This document shows positions 52,673 through 62,248 of a stretch of DNA of 64,000 nucleotides, piece after piece. The stretch's first letter is position 1. The number at the start of each line of letters is the position of its first letter. The stretch comes from Deltaproteobacteria bacterium. GTDB lineage: Bacteria; SAR324; NAC60-12. The position numbers and the translations under genes were made by a program. The notes beneath the pieces were generated by a model. It was not told the DNA's origin. It searched no databases and saw nothing but the letters and a program-made list of their open reading frames with translations. Where the stretch lies: positions 126,690 to 190,689 of the forward strand of contig JAYOTF010000001.1 in assembly GCA_038150265.1 (NCBI GenBank), written 5' to 3'.

Positions 52673-54463
52673 TTAGGCCGCCGTGCGAGTGACTTCCGGG
52701 GTCCGGAACTGCAACTCGGCGAGGCGGGCATAGAGGGGAGAAGTCTGGAGCAGCTCGCTGTGGGTGCCCAGCGCCACGACCTGGCCCTGATCCATGACGG
52801 CAATGCGGTCGGCATCCATGACCGTAGCGAGCCGGTGGGCAATGACGAGGGTGGTGCGGCCCCGCATGAGGGGCGTGAGGGCTTCTTGCACCACGCGCTC
52901 GCTTTCGGCATCCAGGGCGCTGGTGGCTTCGTCCAGCAGCAGCAGCGTTGGGTCCCGCAGGATCGCCCGAGCGATGGCCAGGCGTTGCCGTTGCCCTCCA
53001 GAGAGGCGGACGCCCTGTTCCCCGAGGAAGCTGTCGTAGCCCTCCGGAAGCGCGCTGAGGAAATCGTGCGCATGGGCGGCGCGGGTGGCTGCAAGGATTT
53101 CCGCCTCGCTGGCCTCCGGTTTTCCGTACCGGAGGTTTTCCCAGACGGTGGTGCTGAACAGCGTTGGCTGTTGCGGCACGAGGGCCAGGTGCTCTCGCAG
53201 ATCGGCCATCCGGAGGTCCCGCAGGTCTAGGCCCTCAAAGCGAATCTGCCCCTGCTGAGGATCATAAAAACGAATGAGGAGGTCCAGCAGCGTTGACTTT
53301 CCGGCTCCGGAGGGGCCCACCAGCGCCAGCGTCATTCCGGCCTCCACGTGTAGGCTCAGGTTGCGGAGCGCCTGAACGTCCGGACGAGACGGGTAGGCAA
53401 AGGTCACGTTTTCCAGAGCAACCTCGCCCCGCACCGGCTGAGGAAGGACGCGTGGAGTGGCCGGGTCCTGAATGGCCGGCTCGGCTTCCAGCAACTCCAT
53501 GAGCCGCTCGGTGGCGCCGGCAGCACGCTGGAGGTCGCCAATGACTTCACTGAGGAAGCCGAGGGAGCTGGCGACAATGAGGGCATAGAACACAAAGGCC
53601 GCGAGCTCTCCGGGGGTGATGCGTCCGGCGAGGACGTCTTGGCCACCGACCCAGAGCATGCCGCCGATGGCTCCCATGACGAGGGTCATCACGACTGCGA
53701 TCAGGACCGCCCGCTGGCGGATCCGTTGCAGTCCGGCTCCAAACGCGGCCTCCACATGCTGGGTGAAGGCCGTTTCATCGTAAGGCTGGTGGTTGGTGGC
53801 CTGAACGATCTTGATGTGCTGCAGCGCCTCGCCGACGTACGCACCCACAGAAGCGACCTTGTCCTGACTGGTCCGGGACAGGCGCCGGACGCGTCTGCCA
53901 AAGATGACGATTGGAGACACCAGCAGCGGCACGGCAACCAGAACGATCGCCGTCAGCTTCGGGTTCGTCCAAAACAGCCACCCGATGCCGCCAAGGAGCA
54001 TGAGGGCATTCCGCAGGGCTACTGAAAGCGAGGAGCCGATGACCGTCTGCAGCACCGTAGTATCGGCGGTGATGCGGGCCTGAATTTCGCCGCTGAGGTT
54101 GGTTTCAAAGAATCCGGGGTGCAGGCGCAACAGGTGCGAAAAGACCGCTTTGCGCAGGTCGGCGCTGACCCGCTCGCCCAGCCAGGAGACGAGGTAGAAG
54201 CGCGCAAAGGTGCCGCCGGCCATGAGGACAACCAGCGTCAGGAAGATCAGCAGCGTCTGGGTGAGGGCCTCTGGAGAGCCAGCGACAAATCCCTGGTCAA
54301 TGAGTAACCGGACGCCTTGCCCCAGTGAGAGTGAGATGCCTGCGGTGAAGATCAGGGCCGTCGCGGCGCCGATCAAGCGGAGCGTGTAGCGCTTCAGGAA
54401 GCGCAGGGCGGGGAGGAAGTTGGAAAGCCGTTTGCTCTTCGCCCGACCAGAGGGGTCCATCAC
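52673..54463 (-). CDS. ABC exporter, fused permease/ATPase (MsbA-related)
   Basis: GERVSADLR, FAYPSRP, GPSGAGKST, LSGGQRQR, DEATSALD, IAHRL. Confidence 0.93.
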   Translation of the reverse strand: MMDPSGRAKSKRLSNFLPALRFLKRYTLRLIGAATALIFTAGISLSLGQGVRLLIDQGFVAGSPEALTQTLLIFLTLVVLMAGGTFARFYLVSWLGERVSADLRKAVFSHLLRLHPGFFETNLSGEIQARITADTTVLQTVIGSSLSVALRNALMLLGGIGWLFWTNPKLTAIVLVAVPLLVSPIVIFGRRVRRLSRTSQDKVASVGAYVGEALQHIKIVQATNHQPYDETAFTQHVEAAFGAGLQRIRQRAVLIAVVMTLVMGAIGGMLWVGGQDVLAGRITPGELAAFVFYALIVASSLGFLSEVIGDLQRAAGATERLMELLEAEPAIQDPATPRVLPQPVRGEVALENVTFAYPSRPDVQALRNLSLHVEAGMTLALVGPSGAGKSTLLDLLIRFYDPQQGQIRFEGLDLRDLRMADLREHLALVPQQPTLFSTTVWENLRYGKPEASEAEILAATRAAHAHDFLSALPEGYDSFLGEQGVRLSGGQRQRLAIARAILRDPTLLLLDEATSALDAESERVVQEALTPLMRGRTTLVIAHRLATVMDADRIAVMDQGQVVALGTHSELLQTSPLYARLAELQFRTPEVTRTAA

Positions 54464-54645
54464 ACTCCATCAGAAGAAGCACCGGCGTTGGGAGGGCGGG
54501 TGGCCAGCACCTGCAGCGCCTGGGCGCTTCCGTAAAGCAGGGAGCAGCGGTTGGAGGCTCCGCACGCCTGGTTCATCTCCTTCAGCCACGCCAACTCCTG
54601 CAGACGTTGCTGCACCATCCAGCGCCAATAAGTTTTTGACATCAC
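54460..54645 (-). CDS. Small hypothetical protein
   Basis: GGAG RBS; GTGA overlap with the ABC exporter start. Confidence 0.45.
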   Translation of the reverse strand: MMSKTYWRWMVQQRLQELAWLKEMNQACGASNRCSLLYGSAQALQVLATRPPNAGASSDGV

Positions 54646-54794
54646 ACTCTCCCTATGAGTAAAACCTTTTACTCAAGGTTAGCGGGTTTGTGTGAAAAAG
54701 AGAAACTTTGCGCGATCCCGGAAGAGACGCTTTTTTGATTAAAAACATCCTTAATCAATTTGAATTCATGCAACTTTCAGAAGGGAGTGGGGAC

Positions 54795-55088
54795 TTGCGT
54801 GTACTGTTGTGTGTCGTGGCCCTGTTGGCAACCGGACCTGGCCTGATGGCCAAGGGGCTGGACTATGCCAAGCTGCGGCAGTTCATTGAAGAGCGGCAAT
54901 CCCGGCAGATGGCGCGTTCCGAGGCTTCGGTGAGCAATCCGGTTTTGGACTATGAAAAGCTTCAGGAGATCGTCAAGACGCACCAGCGGGAGAAGCCGGA
55001 TCAGTTCCGGACCAAGCAGACGGTGTTCTGTCAGGGGTGTTACGTCAAGTCGGTGCTGATTTCCAGGCAGGAACGGCGAACGCGGTGA
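54795..55088 (+). CDS. Exported hypothetical protein with LDYxKL duplication and CxxC
   Basis: GGGAG RBS, inferred TTG start, signal-like N-terminus. Confidence 0.55.
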   Translation: MRVLLCVVALLATGPGLMAKGLDYAKLRQFIEERQSRQMARSEASVSNPVLDYEKLQEIVKTHQREKPDQFRTKQTVFCQGCYVKSVLISRQERRTR

Positions 55089-55098
55089 GGAGGAAGCA

Positions 55099-55851
55099 GT
55101 GGCAGACCTGAACTTCAAGGATTACTTCTCTCGGCAATCGGCGACTTACGCCCAGCACCGTCCGCGCTATCCGGAGGCGCTGTTTGCGTTTCTGGCTCAG
55201 CAGGTCGAGACCCGGACCCGGGCGTGGGATGCCGGGTGCGGCAACGGGCAGGCATCCTGTGGGCTGGCGCCGTTCTTTGAGCAGGTGGTGGCCACCGACC
55301 CAAGCCAGGCCCAGCTGGAGCAGGCAGCGGCCCCGGAGAACGTTCGCTTCCTGCAGGCGGCCGAAACCTGTGCGGCGCTGTCGGACGCCAGCGTGGATTT
55401 GGTGACCGTGGCCCAGGCGATTCATTGGTTTGACCGCCCCCGTTTTTATGAAGAAGTCCGGCGCGTGCTGCATCCAGGCGGGTGGGTGGCCTGCTGGACC
55501 TATGACCTGCCTCGTCTGGAATCAGGGGTAGACGCCCTGCTGGATCGGTTTTACCATGATCAGGTGGGGGCGTTCTGGAATGCGGAGCGCCGCCTGGTTG
55601 AGACGGGTTATGCGACCCTTGACTTTCCATTTCGGGAGGTTCAGGCTCCGCTTTTCGAGATCCGCACGCGGTGGCGGTTGGATCACCTGCTGGGGTACCT
55701 CAGGAGCTGGTCGGCCACCCGGCACTTCATGGATGCCTGTGGAGTGGATCCGGTGGTGGCGTATGAGGCCGAGTTTTCACGTGTTTGGGGAAGTCCGGAA
55801 ACGGAGCGTGAAGGTCGCTGGCCGGTGCATTTGCGTTTGGGGCAGCCATGA
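55099..55851 (+). CDS. Class I SAM-dependent methyltransferase
   Basis: YAQHRPRYP, WDAGCGNGQ, AQAIHWF, GYLRSWSA. Confidence 0.92.
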   Translation: MADLNFKDYFSRQSATYAQHRPRYPEALFAFLAQQVETRTRAWDAGCGNGQASCGLAPFFEQVVATDPSQAQLEQAAAPENVRFLQAAETCAALSDASVDLVTVAQAIHWFDRPRFYEEVRRVLHPGGWVACWTYDLPRLESGVDALLDRFYHDQVGAFWNAERRLVETGYATLDFPFREVQAPLFEIRTRWRLDHLLGYLRSWSATRHFMDACGVDPVVAYEAEFSRVWGSPETEREGRWPVHLRLGQP

Positions 55852-56057
55852 CGATCAATCAGTGGCTGGTGTTGCTGGCAGGAGCCGTGGGACTGGTGGC
55901 CGCAGGTTACGAGGTCTGGCATCGGTTCCGGCGCTGGAAGCAGAACCCGGAAGAACTCAATGAATTGGATCTGGACCGCATGGTACGGCTGGCAATCGTG
56001 TTCGCGGTACTGGTGGCCAGCATCTGGCTGGGGATGCCCGACATCTTCGGCACCTGA
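55848..56057 (+). CDS. Small 2-TM membrane protein
   Basis: ATGA coupling to the methyltransferase; two hydrophobic segments. Confidence 0.65.
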   Translation: MTINQWLVLLAGAVGLVAAGYEVWHRFRRWKQNPEELNELDLDRMVRLAIVFAVLVASIWLGMPDIFGT

Positions 56058-56093
56058 GCAGAATGCCCTGCTCATCAAAACAGGAGGACTCTT

Positions 56094-56348
56094 ATGAAAA
56101 TGTCACTGCTCAAGCAGTTCCCCTTGGAGGAGCTCAAGCTGATCTATCAGGTGCTGCACCGCAACCTGAAGCATGAGCCTGAGCTTTGGGATGCGATGAT
56201 GCTGGAACAGCTGCAGATGGAGCTGATGCAGCAGGCCTCTCACCAGGGCTACGACACTTCCATTCACCTGGAGTGGGAGCGCTTTCTTCAGAATGAACCC
56301 CGCCGCAACCCGCCGCAACTGAGGGTGTTGGAAGGCGGACTCGCCTAA
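56094..56348 (+). CDS. Hypothetical protein (84 aa)
   Basis: AGGAGG RBS; C-terminal LRVLEGG. Confidence 0.7.
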   Translation: MKMSLLKQFPLEELKLIYQVLHRNLKHEPELWDAMMLEQLQMELMQQASHQGYDTSIHLEWERFLQNEPRRNPPQLRVLEGGLA

Positions 56349-56929
56349 TCGTCCAGCGGTTGTTCCGGAGCCTGCTTCCGGAGCAGCTGCACCCGAATCG
56401 TCCCATACGTTTTTTCCCGCACCAGCTCGAGCCCGGAAGGCCGCTTCAGCTCCTTTTCCACCGGACTCTCCACCACCAGCCACGACCCCTCCGGAACCGA
56501 CGGCAGCGTTGCCAGCAGCAGCACGACCGAATCATACAGGTTGGACTGATAAGGTGGATCAAGGAAGACCACGCACGGGCGCTGATCGGGGTTGACGAAG
56601 GTGGGCAGCCACCGTTCCGCTCGGTCCTGAAGCACCTCTGCCTGGTCGGAGCCCACGCCCAGGGTGTCGAGGTTGTGGCGCAGCACCTGGAGGTGCTTGC
56701 GCGAGGAATCGAGCCAGATCACCCGCTCGGCTCCGCGGCTGAGCGCTTCCAGCCCCAGGGCGCCACTTCCGGCAAAGAGGTCCAGCACCAGCTTGTCCGA
56801 CCAACTCAGCGCATGATCAAGCATGCTGAAGAGGGCCTCCCGGACCCGGTCGGTGGTGGGGCGGACGCCTTTTCCCTCTGGGACCTGAAGCTTGCGTCCC
56901 CGCCAGGTTCCCGCAATAATGCGAAGCAT
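56345..56929 (-). CDS. rsmD: 16S rRNA m2G966 methyltransferase
   Basis: RIIAG, RPTTDRVRE, LDLFAGSG, EALSRGA, DPPY. Confidence 0.95.
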   Translation of the reverse strand: MLRIIAGTWRGRKLQVPEGKGVRPTTDRVREALFSMLDHALSWSDKLVLDLFAGSGALGLEALSRGAERVIWLDSSRKHLQVLRHNLDTLGVGSDQAEVLQDRAERWLPTFVNPDQRPCVVFLDPPYQSNLYDSVVLLLATLPSVPEGSWLVVESPVEKELKRPSGLELVREKTYGTIRVQLLRKQAPEQPLDD

Positions 56930-56954
56930 TGATACTCGTTACTGAAGCAAACGT

Positions 56955-57455
56955 TTGGAATCGTTCTTTTTAGGCTTGGGAAGCAACCTGGGCGATCGCC
57001 TGGGCTTCCTGAATCGGGCCTGTCACCTGCTGGAACAAACCCTGGGCCCGTTGCAGGGGTCGCCTGTTTACGAAAGCATCCCGCTCCTGGGAATGGATCA
57101 GCCGCTGTACTGCAACCAGGTGGTGTCAGGAACCACCACCCTTCCGCCTCAGGTGCTCCTGCAACTGTGCCTGGAGGTGGAGCAGCAGCTCGGACGCGTC
57201 CGGACGGAACACTGGGGCCCGCGGACCATTGACATTGATGTGCTGGCGTATGGCGCCCACATCATTGAGGAGCCCGGCCTGAAGGTGCCGCATCCGGGGG
57301 TGGAGCAACGGAGCTTCGTGCTGCTGCCGTGGATGAGCCTGGATCCGGACTGGCAGCACCCCCGAAGCGGGCTCAGTGTGGCGCAGCTTTGGGCGAAGTG
57401 GCAAGCGCAGGCCACCGAAGCGCTTCCGCAGCCTGTGAGCGGTTCCTCTAGCTGA
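56955..57455 (+). CDS. folK: 2-amino-4-hydroxy-6-hydroxymethyldihydropteridine pyrophosphokinase
   Basis: LGLGSNLG, WGPRTIDID, VPHP, RSFVL. Confidence 0.95.
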   Translation: MESFFLGLGSNLGDRLGFLNRACHLLEQTLGPLQGSPVYESIPLLGMDQPLYCNQVVSGTTTLPPQVLLQLCLEVEQQLGRVRTEHWGPRTIDIDVLAYGAHIIEEPGLKVPHPGVEQRSFVLLPWMSLDPDWQHPRSGLSVAQLWAKWQAQATEALPQPVSGSSS

Positions 57456-58167
57456 ACAGGTCTGGCTGCTGCGGGGGCAGGGGCAGGCTGCGAGGAGCAG
57501 ACTCCGGAACCGGATCCAGCAGGCCGGGGAGGTCCTGAGCCACCGAGTTCACGGCTGTGGAAACCGGCCACGCCTGCAGCCATGCGTCCGGACAGGGCTT
57601 CAGCAGCTTCAGCCACTCGGCATCCGGGCGCCGACGTTCCTCCAGCCACTCCCACAGCTGAGCCTCATTGAGCAGCGCGGGCATGCGCTCATGCAGCGGC
57701 GCCATGAAGCCGTTGGCCGCAGTCGTCACAATCGCGACGGTGTGCTTGCGCGTCTGAGACGCCTGATCGACCCAGGTGTCGCAAATCCCTGCCAACCCCA
57801 TGGGCTTCCCGGATTTCAGAGAGATGAAGTGAGGCTGCTTGCCGGAGGGCTTCGTTTTCCACTCGTAAAAACCGGAGGCGGGAACCACGCACCGTTGCCT
57901 CCGAAGCGGTACCCGGAAGGAAGGCTTCTCCGCCAGCGTTTCAGCACGAGCGTTGATGAGGGGGCGGAATCCGGGCTTGGCCCACGCGGGGAGGAGCCCC
58001 CACTCACGCGTCTCCAGCCGACGGAGCCCATCTTGCTGGAGGATCACGGAAATGTCCTGGGTGGGGGCGCGGTTGAAGCCGGTGTGGACGGGCGACTCCG
58101 CGACCTGCACGGAGAAGTGCTCCATGAGGTCGGGCTCACGTTCATTGAGGACAAACCGACCGCACAT
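57448..58167 (-). CDS. SRAP/YedK abasic-site crosslinking protein
   Basis: MCGRF start, INARAET, GFYEW, HERMP. Confidence 0.93.
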   Translation of the reverse strand: MCGRFVLNEREPDLMEHFSVQVAESPVHTGFNRAPTQDISVILQQDGLRRLETREWGLLPAWAKPGFRPLINARAETLAEKPSFRVPLRRQRCVVPASGFYEWKTKPSGKQPHFISLKSGKPMGLAGICDTWVDQASQTRKHTVAIVTTAANGFMAPLHERMPALLNEAQLWEWLEERRRPDAEWLKLLKPCPDAWLQAWPVSTAVNSVAQDLPGLLDPVPESAPRSLPLPPQQPDLFS

Positions 58168-58169
58168 GG

Positions 58170-59264
58170 TCAGGAGGCGAGGTTCAGCAGGGTGGCCCGG
58201 GAGCCCCCGAGCGCTTCCATGGAAAGAAGGATTTGCTCCCAGGTGGTGTCATCAATCGGGATGCCCTCGGCTTCCCGAAGGGCCCGGGTGGCGCGTTCCG
58301 GATCGCCTGCAACCTGCACCGGAGTACCGGCCTGAGCAGCCGGAGACTCCTTGAAGTACTGCACCAGGGAGGCAACGCCTTGCTCCATCCATCCGGAATC
58401 GACGAGCCGGTTGGGGTCAATGAGCAGGGTCATCATGTTGTTGATGATGCTTCCTTCCCGGGGGTGATCGGGCGCAATGGTACCGCCGCCACTGAGAAGC
58501 CCGCCGAGCAGCTCGCAGAACATCGCCAGCCCGTAGCCCTTGTAATCGCCCATGGGGGTCAGGGCGCCTTTGGGGGGAAGGGAGGGCTGTTCCGGAAAGA
58601 GGTAGGCGCCCATGACGGCAGGGTCCTGGCTGGGCTGCCCCTGGTGGTCAATGACCAGGCCTTCGCGGAGGGTCTCGCCTTTGTTGAGCGCGACCCGGAC
58701 CTTCCCGAGCGCGACCCGGCTGGTCGCCATGTCCAGCAGCAGCGGAGGTTGCTGTTCAGAGCCTGGCATGGCGAGGCACACGGGGTTGGTGGCAAAGCGT
58801 GCATCGGAGCCGCCGTACGGAGCAACCAGCGGGGAGTGATCGGTGACATTGACAAAATGCAGCGATACCAGTCCGGCAGCAATGGCCTGCTCCCCGTAGG
58901 TGCCGATGCGTCCGATGTGGTGGGCGTTCCGGAGGGTCATGAGGACGAGTCCGGACTGCTGGCAGTGCGCAATGGCCTGCTCCATCGCCTGACGCGCCAC
59001 GGCCTGTCCGTACCCGCGTTGCCCGTCAAACATGAGGATCGATCCATCTTGCTTGACGCGAGCCACGGTTTGGTTCGGGGTCAGAAGCCCGGCCTGCAGG
59101 TTCCGGACGTAGATCGGCAGCATGCCGACGCCATGGCTGTCGTGACCCGTCAGGTTGGCGCCGACGAGGTGACGGGCGACGACCTCTGCCTCGGTAGAGG
59201 TGCTGCCTCCTTGCTGAAGGAGGGCAACCACCACCTGGGTGAGCGATTCAGGAGACAGGAGCAT
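58170..59264 (-). CDS. Ldh_2 family (malate/lactate/ureidoglycolate) dehydrogenase, YbiC-like
   Basis: GHDSHG, HHIGRIG, TNP, LDMATS, YKGYGL. Confidence 0.9.
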   Translation of the reverse strand: MLLSPESLTQVVVALLQQGGSTSTEAEVVARHLVGANLTGHDSHGVGMLPIYVRNLQAGLLTPNQTVARVKQDGSILMFDGQRGYGQAVARQAMEQAIAHCQQSGLVLMTLRNAHHIGRIGTYGEQAIAAGLVSLHFVNVTDHSPLVAPYGGSDARFATNPVCLAMPGSEQQPPLLLDMATSRVALGKVRVALNKGETLREGLVIDHQGQPSQDPAVMGAYLFPEQPSLPPKGALTPMGDYKGYGLAMFCELLGGLLSGGGTIAPDHPREGSIINNMMTLLIDPNRLVDSGWMEQGVASLVQYFKESPAAQAGTPVQVAGDPERATRALREAEGIPIDDTTWEQILLSMEALGGSRATLLNLAS

Positions 59265-59294
59265 GGCGCCCTCCGCTGGAGTTGAGGAACCGCT

Positions 59295-60488
59295 TCACGC
59301 TCCCGTGAAGGCCTGGAGTCCGGTCTGAGCGCGTCCGAGGATCAGCGCGTGGATGTCGTGGGTGCCTTCGTAGGTGTTGACGGTCTCGAGGTTGATGAGG
59401 TGCCGCATGACGTGGTACTCGTCGGAAATGCCATTGCCGCCGTGCATGTCTCGGGACTGCCTGGCGGCGTCCAGGGCCTTGCCGCAGTTGTTGCGCTTCA
59501 TCATCGAAATCAGTTCCGGAGGGCACTGCCCTTCGTCCATGAGCCGAGCCATGCGCAGGCATCCCTGCAGGCCCAGGGTGATTTCGGTTTGCAGGTCGGC
59601 CAGCTTCTTCTGGATGAGCTGGTTGGCGGCCAGGGGGCGTCCGAACTGGCTGCGGTCCAGGGTGTACTGCCGGGCGGCATGCCAGCAGAATTCGGCGGCG
59701 CCCAGGGTGCCCCAGGCGATTCCGAAGCGGGCCTTGTTGAGGCAGCCGAACGGACCCTTCAGGCCTTCCACGTTGGGCAGCTCATTTTCTGCTGGAACAA
59801 AGACCTCGTTCATGACGATCTCGCCTGTGATGGAGGCCTTGAGAGAAAGCTTCCCCCCGATCTTGGGGGCACTGAGTCCGTCCATGCCCTTCTCCAAAAT
59901 GTAGCCCCGGATCTTCCCAGCGTCGTTTTTGGCCCACACGACAAAGACATCCGCAATGGGCGAGTTGGTGATCCACATCTTGGCACCCGTTAGCTGAAAG
60001 CCACCGTCTACGGTCTTGGCGCGGGTCTCCATGCCACCCGGATCAGAGCCGTGGTCGGGTTCGGTCAGGCCAAAGCAGCCCACCCATTCGCCGGTGGCAA
60101 GCTTCGGAAGGTACTTCTGCCGCTGCGCTTCCGAGCCGTAGGCGTAGATGGGGTGCATGACGAGGCTGGACTGAACGCTCATGGCCGATCGGTACCCGGA
60201 GTCAACGCGCTCCACCTCGCGAGCAATGAGGCCATAGGCCACATGGTTGGCCCCGACGCCGCCGTATTCCTCCGGGATGGTTGCTCCCAGGAAACCCAAC
60301 TCCCCGAGTTCAGTCATGATGTCTCGGTCGAAGTACTCCTGGCGGGTGGCTTCCAGGATGCGGGGCATGAGTTTGGACTGGCAGTACTCGTGGGCGGTGT
60401 CACGAATCAACCGCTCCTCTTCAGTCAGCTGATCATTCAGCGACAGGGGATCGGACCAATCAAAGGTAGCGCGAGCAGACTGAGACAT
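59295..60488 (-). CDS. gcdH: Glutaryl-CoA dehydrogenase
   Basis: [48 protein letters not shown]. Confidence 0.95.
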   Translation of the reverse strand: MSQSARATFDWSDPLSLNDQLTEEERLIRDTAHEYCQSKLMPRILEATRQEYFDRDIMTELGELGFLGATIPEEYGGVGANHVAYGLIAREVERVDSGYRSAMSVQSSLVMHPIYAYGSEAQRQKYLPKLATGEWVGCFGLTEPDHGSDPGGMETRAKTVDGGFQLTGAKMWITNSPIADVFVVWAKNDAGKIRGYILEKGMDGLSAPKIGGKLSLKASITGEIVMNEVFVPAENELPNVEGLKGPFGCLNKARFGIAWGTLGAAEFCWHAARQYTLDRSQFGRPLAANQLIQKKLADLQTEITLGLQGCLRMARLMDEGQCPPELISMMKRNNCGKALDAARQSRDMHGGNGISDEYHVMRHLINLETVNTYEGTHDIHALILGRAQTGLQAFTGA

Positions 60489-60684
60489 ACGGGAACCTCC
60501 GGAATGCAGTAAGAATTTAACAACACTTCATGTTAGGGGGCCTGTCGGGGTTTCGCAACGGAAATCACCGGGTTTCAGAGGGGAGCGAACCCGGCGGCGG
60601 TGGGGGATTCGCATTGAAAGCCTTGGGGGAATGCACTATTCTGCAACCCTTGAATCGACAACTTCACAGCAAGGTGTGCTCCTC

Positions 60685-61158
60685 ATGCGATGGACAAAAT
60701 CAATAGTGGCTTTTTGTGGACTCCTGCTCTTCTCCGGATCCCTGGTTTGGGGCCTGACGGACGCCGAATTCGAGAAGCGCTTTCTGGCCCTCTCCGACGC
60801 GTTGCGGTGTCCCACTTGCCAGGGTTTGTCCGTCAAAGACTCTGAGGCCGGTTTTTCGGAGCACATGAAGCAGAAGATTGAAGAGATGATCCGGGCCGGA
60901 AAGACGGATGAGGAGGTGAAGGCGTTCTTTGTGGACCGTTACGGACAGTGGATCCTCCGGGAGCCTCCCAAAACGGGCTTCAACTTGTTGCTTTGGGTGC
61001 TTCCGGGCGCAGGGTTGGTGCTGGGGCTGGTGGTGGTGCTGATGCGGTCCCGGAAGTGGGTCAGGGAGCCAGAAGCGGAGCTGCCTGAGGAAGATGCCCT
61101 GAGCCCGGAAGAGCGGGCTCGCATTGCGAAGGACCTGGAGCGCTATGAAAATAGCTAG
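60685..61158 (+). CDS. ccmH: Cytochrome c-type biogenesis protein CcmH
   Basis: LRCPTCQ, FFVDRYG, PP-LLWVLP plus TM segment. Confidence 0.9.
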   Translation: MRWTKSIVAFCGLLLFSGSLVWGLTDAEFEKRFLALSDALRCPTCQGLSVKDSEAGFSEHMKQKIEEMIRAGKTDEEVKAFFVDRYGQWILREPPKTGFNLLLWVLPGAGLVLGLVVVLMRSRKWVREPEAELPEEDALSPEERARIAKDLERYENS

Positions 61159-61164
61159 GCCCAT

Positions 61165-62193
61165 TCAAGGCTTGAGGCGGAAGGCGTTGAAGTTGTCGAA
61201 GTTGATGCGGAAGTCAAAGCGATCCTCAGCCTGATGCTCCTTCAGGTAGCTCTGGTAGAGGTGCCCTTCGCGCTTGAGGTAAGACTCCACAAAGGAGTCG
61301 TCAAACGGCTCGCGGCTGTCAATTTCAAACATCCGGGACGCAGCCTCCTTGGGAGACACATCCAGGTGAATCCGGAGGTCAAAGAGGTTCTCGAAGTCCG
61401 GCAGGAACAGGGTGGAGCCCCAGACGAGGAAGATGCTTTCCGGAGGCGCGTAGAAGGGGAACATCGTGACCTCAAGGGCTTCCAGAAACGAAGGGCTTTT
61501 CTCCTGAAGCACCACCTCGCCTCGGGAGAAGGGGTGGAGGACACCGTCCAGCACCCAGGAGCGGGCTTCCGGAGAGTGCCAGTACCCGGAGTGGGCAAAC
61601 TCCAGCCCGAGCAGCTCAGTGAGGTCCAGTCCGGCAACAAGGAGGCCGAACTCTTCCAGAGCCTCCACGAGTTCGCCGACAAAAAAGGCGTGCCCACAGT
61701 CTTCCGGCCCACCAATTCCAAGGGTCAGCGGCATCTGCGGAGATGCCTCCTTGAGGTCTCGAAGCCGGATTGCCAGTTCGAGGGCGGTGTTGCGGCTGGG
61801 GTGGAAGATTTCCAGCAGGTCGTTGAGGTACTGGTATTGCAACCCTCCGTGTTCGCGCACGGCCTCTTCTCCTCCGCCAAAGCGGAGTTGCTGCTGGGCC
61901 AGCCACTCCAGGGCGACGGGCGCATGAGAGATCCAGAAGGTGTCCGGAGCCTGCAGCTGAGGGTTCTGAGTGGCCACCTCTTGCGGGGTGCCCTTCACCA
62001 CAGACAGGTGATCCAGGTCTCCCCAGGTCGTCAGGTCCGGCTCCTCGGAAAGCAGCAGCAGTCGGAATCCCCGCTCATCGAGAATCCGGAGGATTTCCCG
62101 GAAGTTCAACAGACGATCTCCAGAAAGCTCGGTTCCAAGGCTGTCTAAGTCAAATGCGAGTTGTTGGATCTGATTGGGGTGAAAATCGTCCAT
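61165..62193 (-). CDS. Hypothetical protein: degenerate HAD-like plus uridine-kinase-like fusion
   Basis: LAFDLDSL N-terminal motif; TLGIGGPEDCGHAF altered P-loop; FDLRIHLDV. Confidence 0.6.
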   Translation of the reverse strand: MDDFHPNQIQQLAFDLDSLGTELSGDRLLNFREILRILDERGFRLLLLSEEPDLTTWGDLDHLSVVKGTPQEVATQNPQLQAPDTFWISHAPVALEWLAQQQLRFGGGEEAVREHGGLQYQYLNDLLEIFHPSRNTALELAIRLRDLKEASPQMPLTLGIGGPEDCGHAFFVGELVEALEEFGLLVAGLDLTELLGLEFAHSGYWHSPEARSWVLDGVLHPFSRGEVVLQEKSPSFLEALEVTMFPFYAPPESIFLVWGSTLFLPDFENLFDLRIHLDVSPKEAASRMFEIDSREPFDDSFVESYLKREGHLYQSYLKEHQAEDRFDFRINFDNFNAFRLKP

Positions 62194-62248
62194 AAACGTG
62201 AAGGTTTGCTTGTGGGTGGGAAATAATGCCTAAAACCAACAGTTTTTC

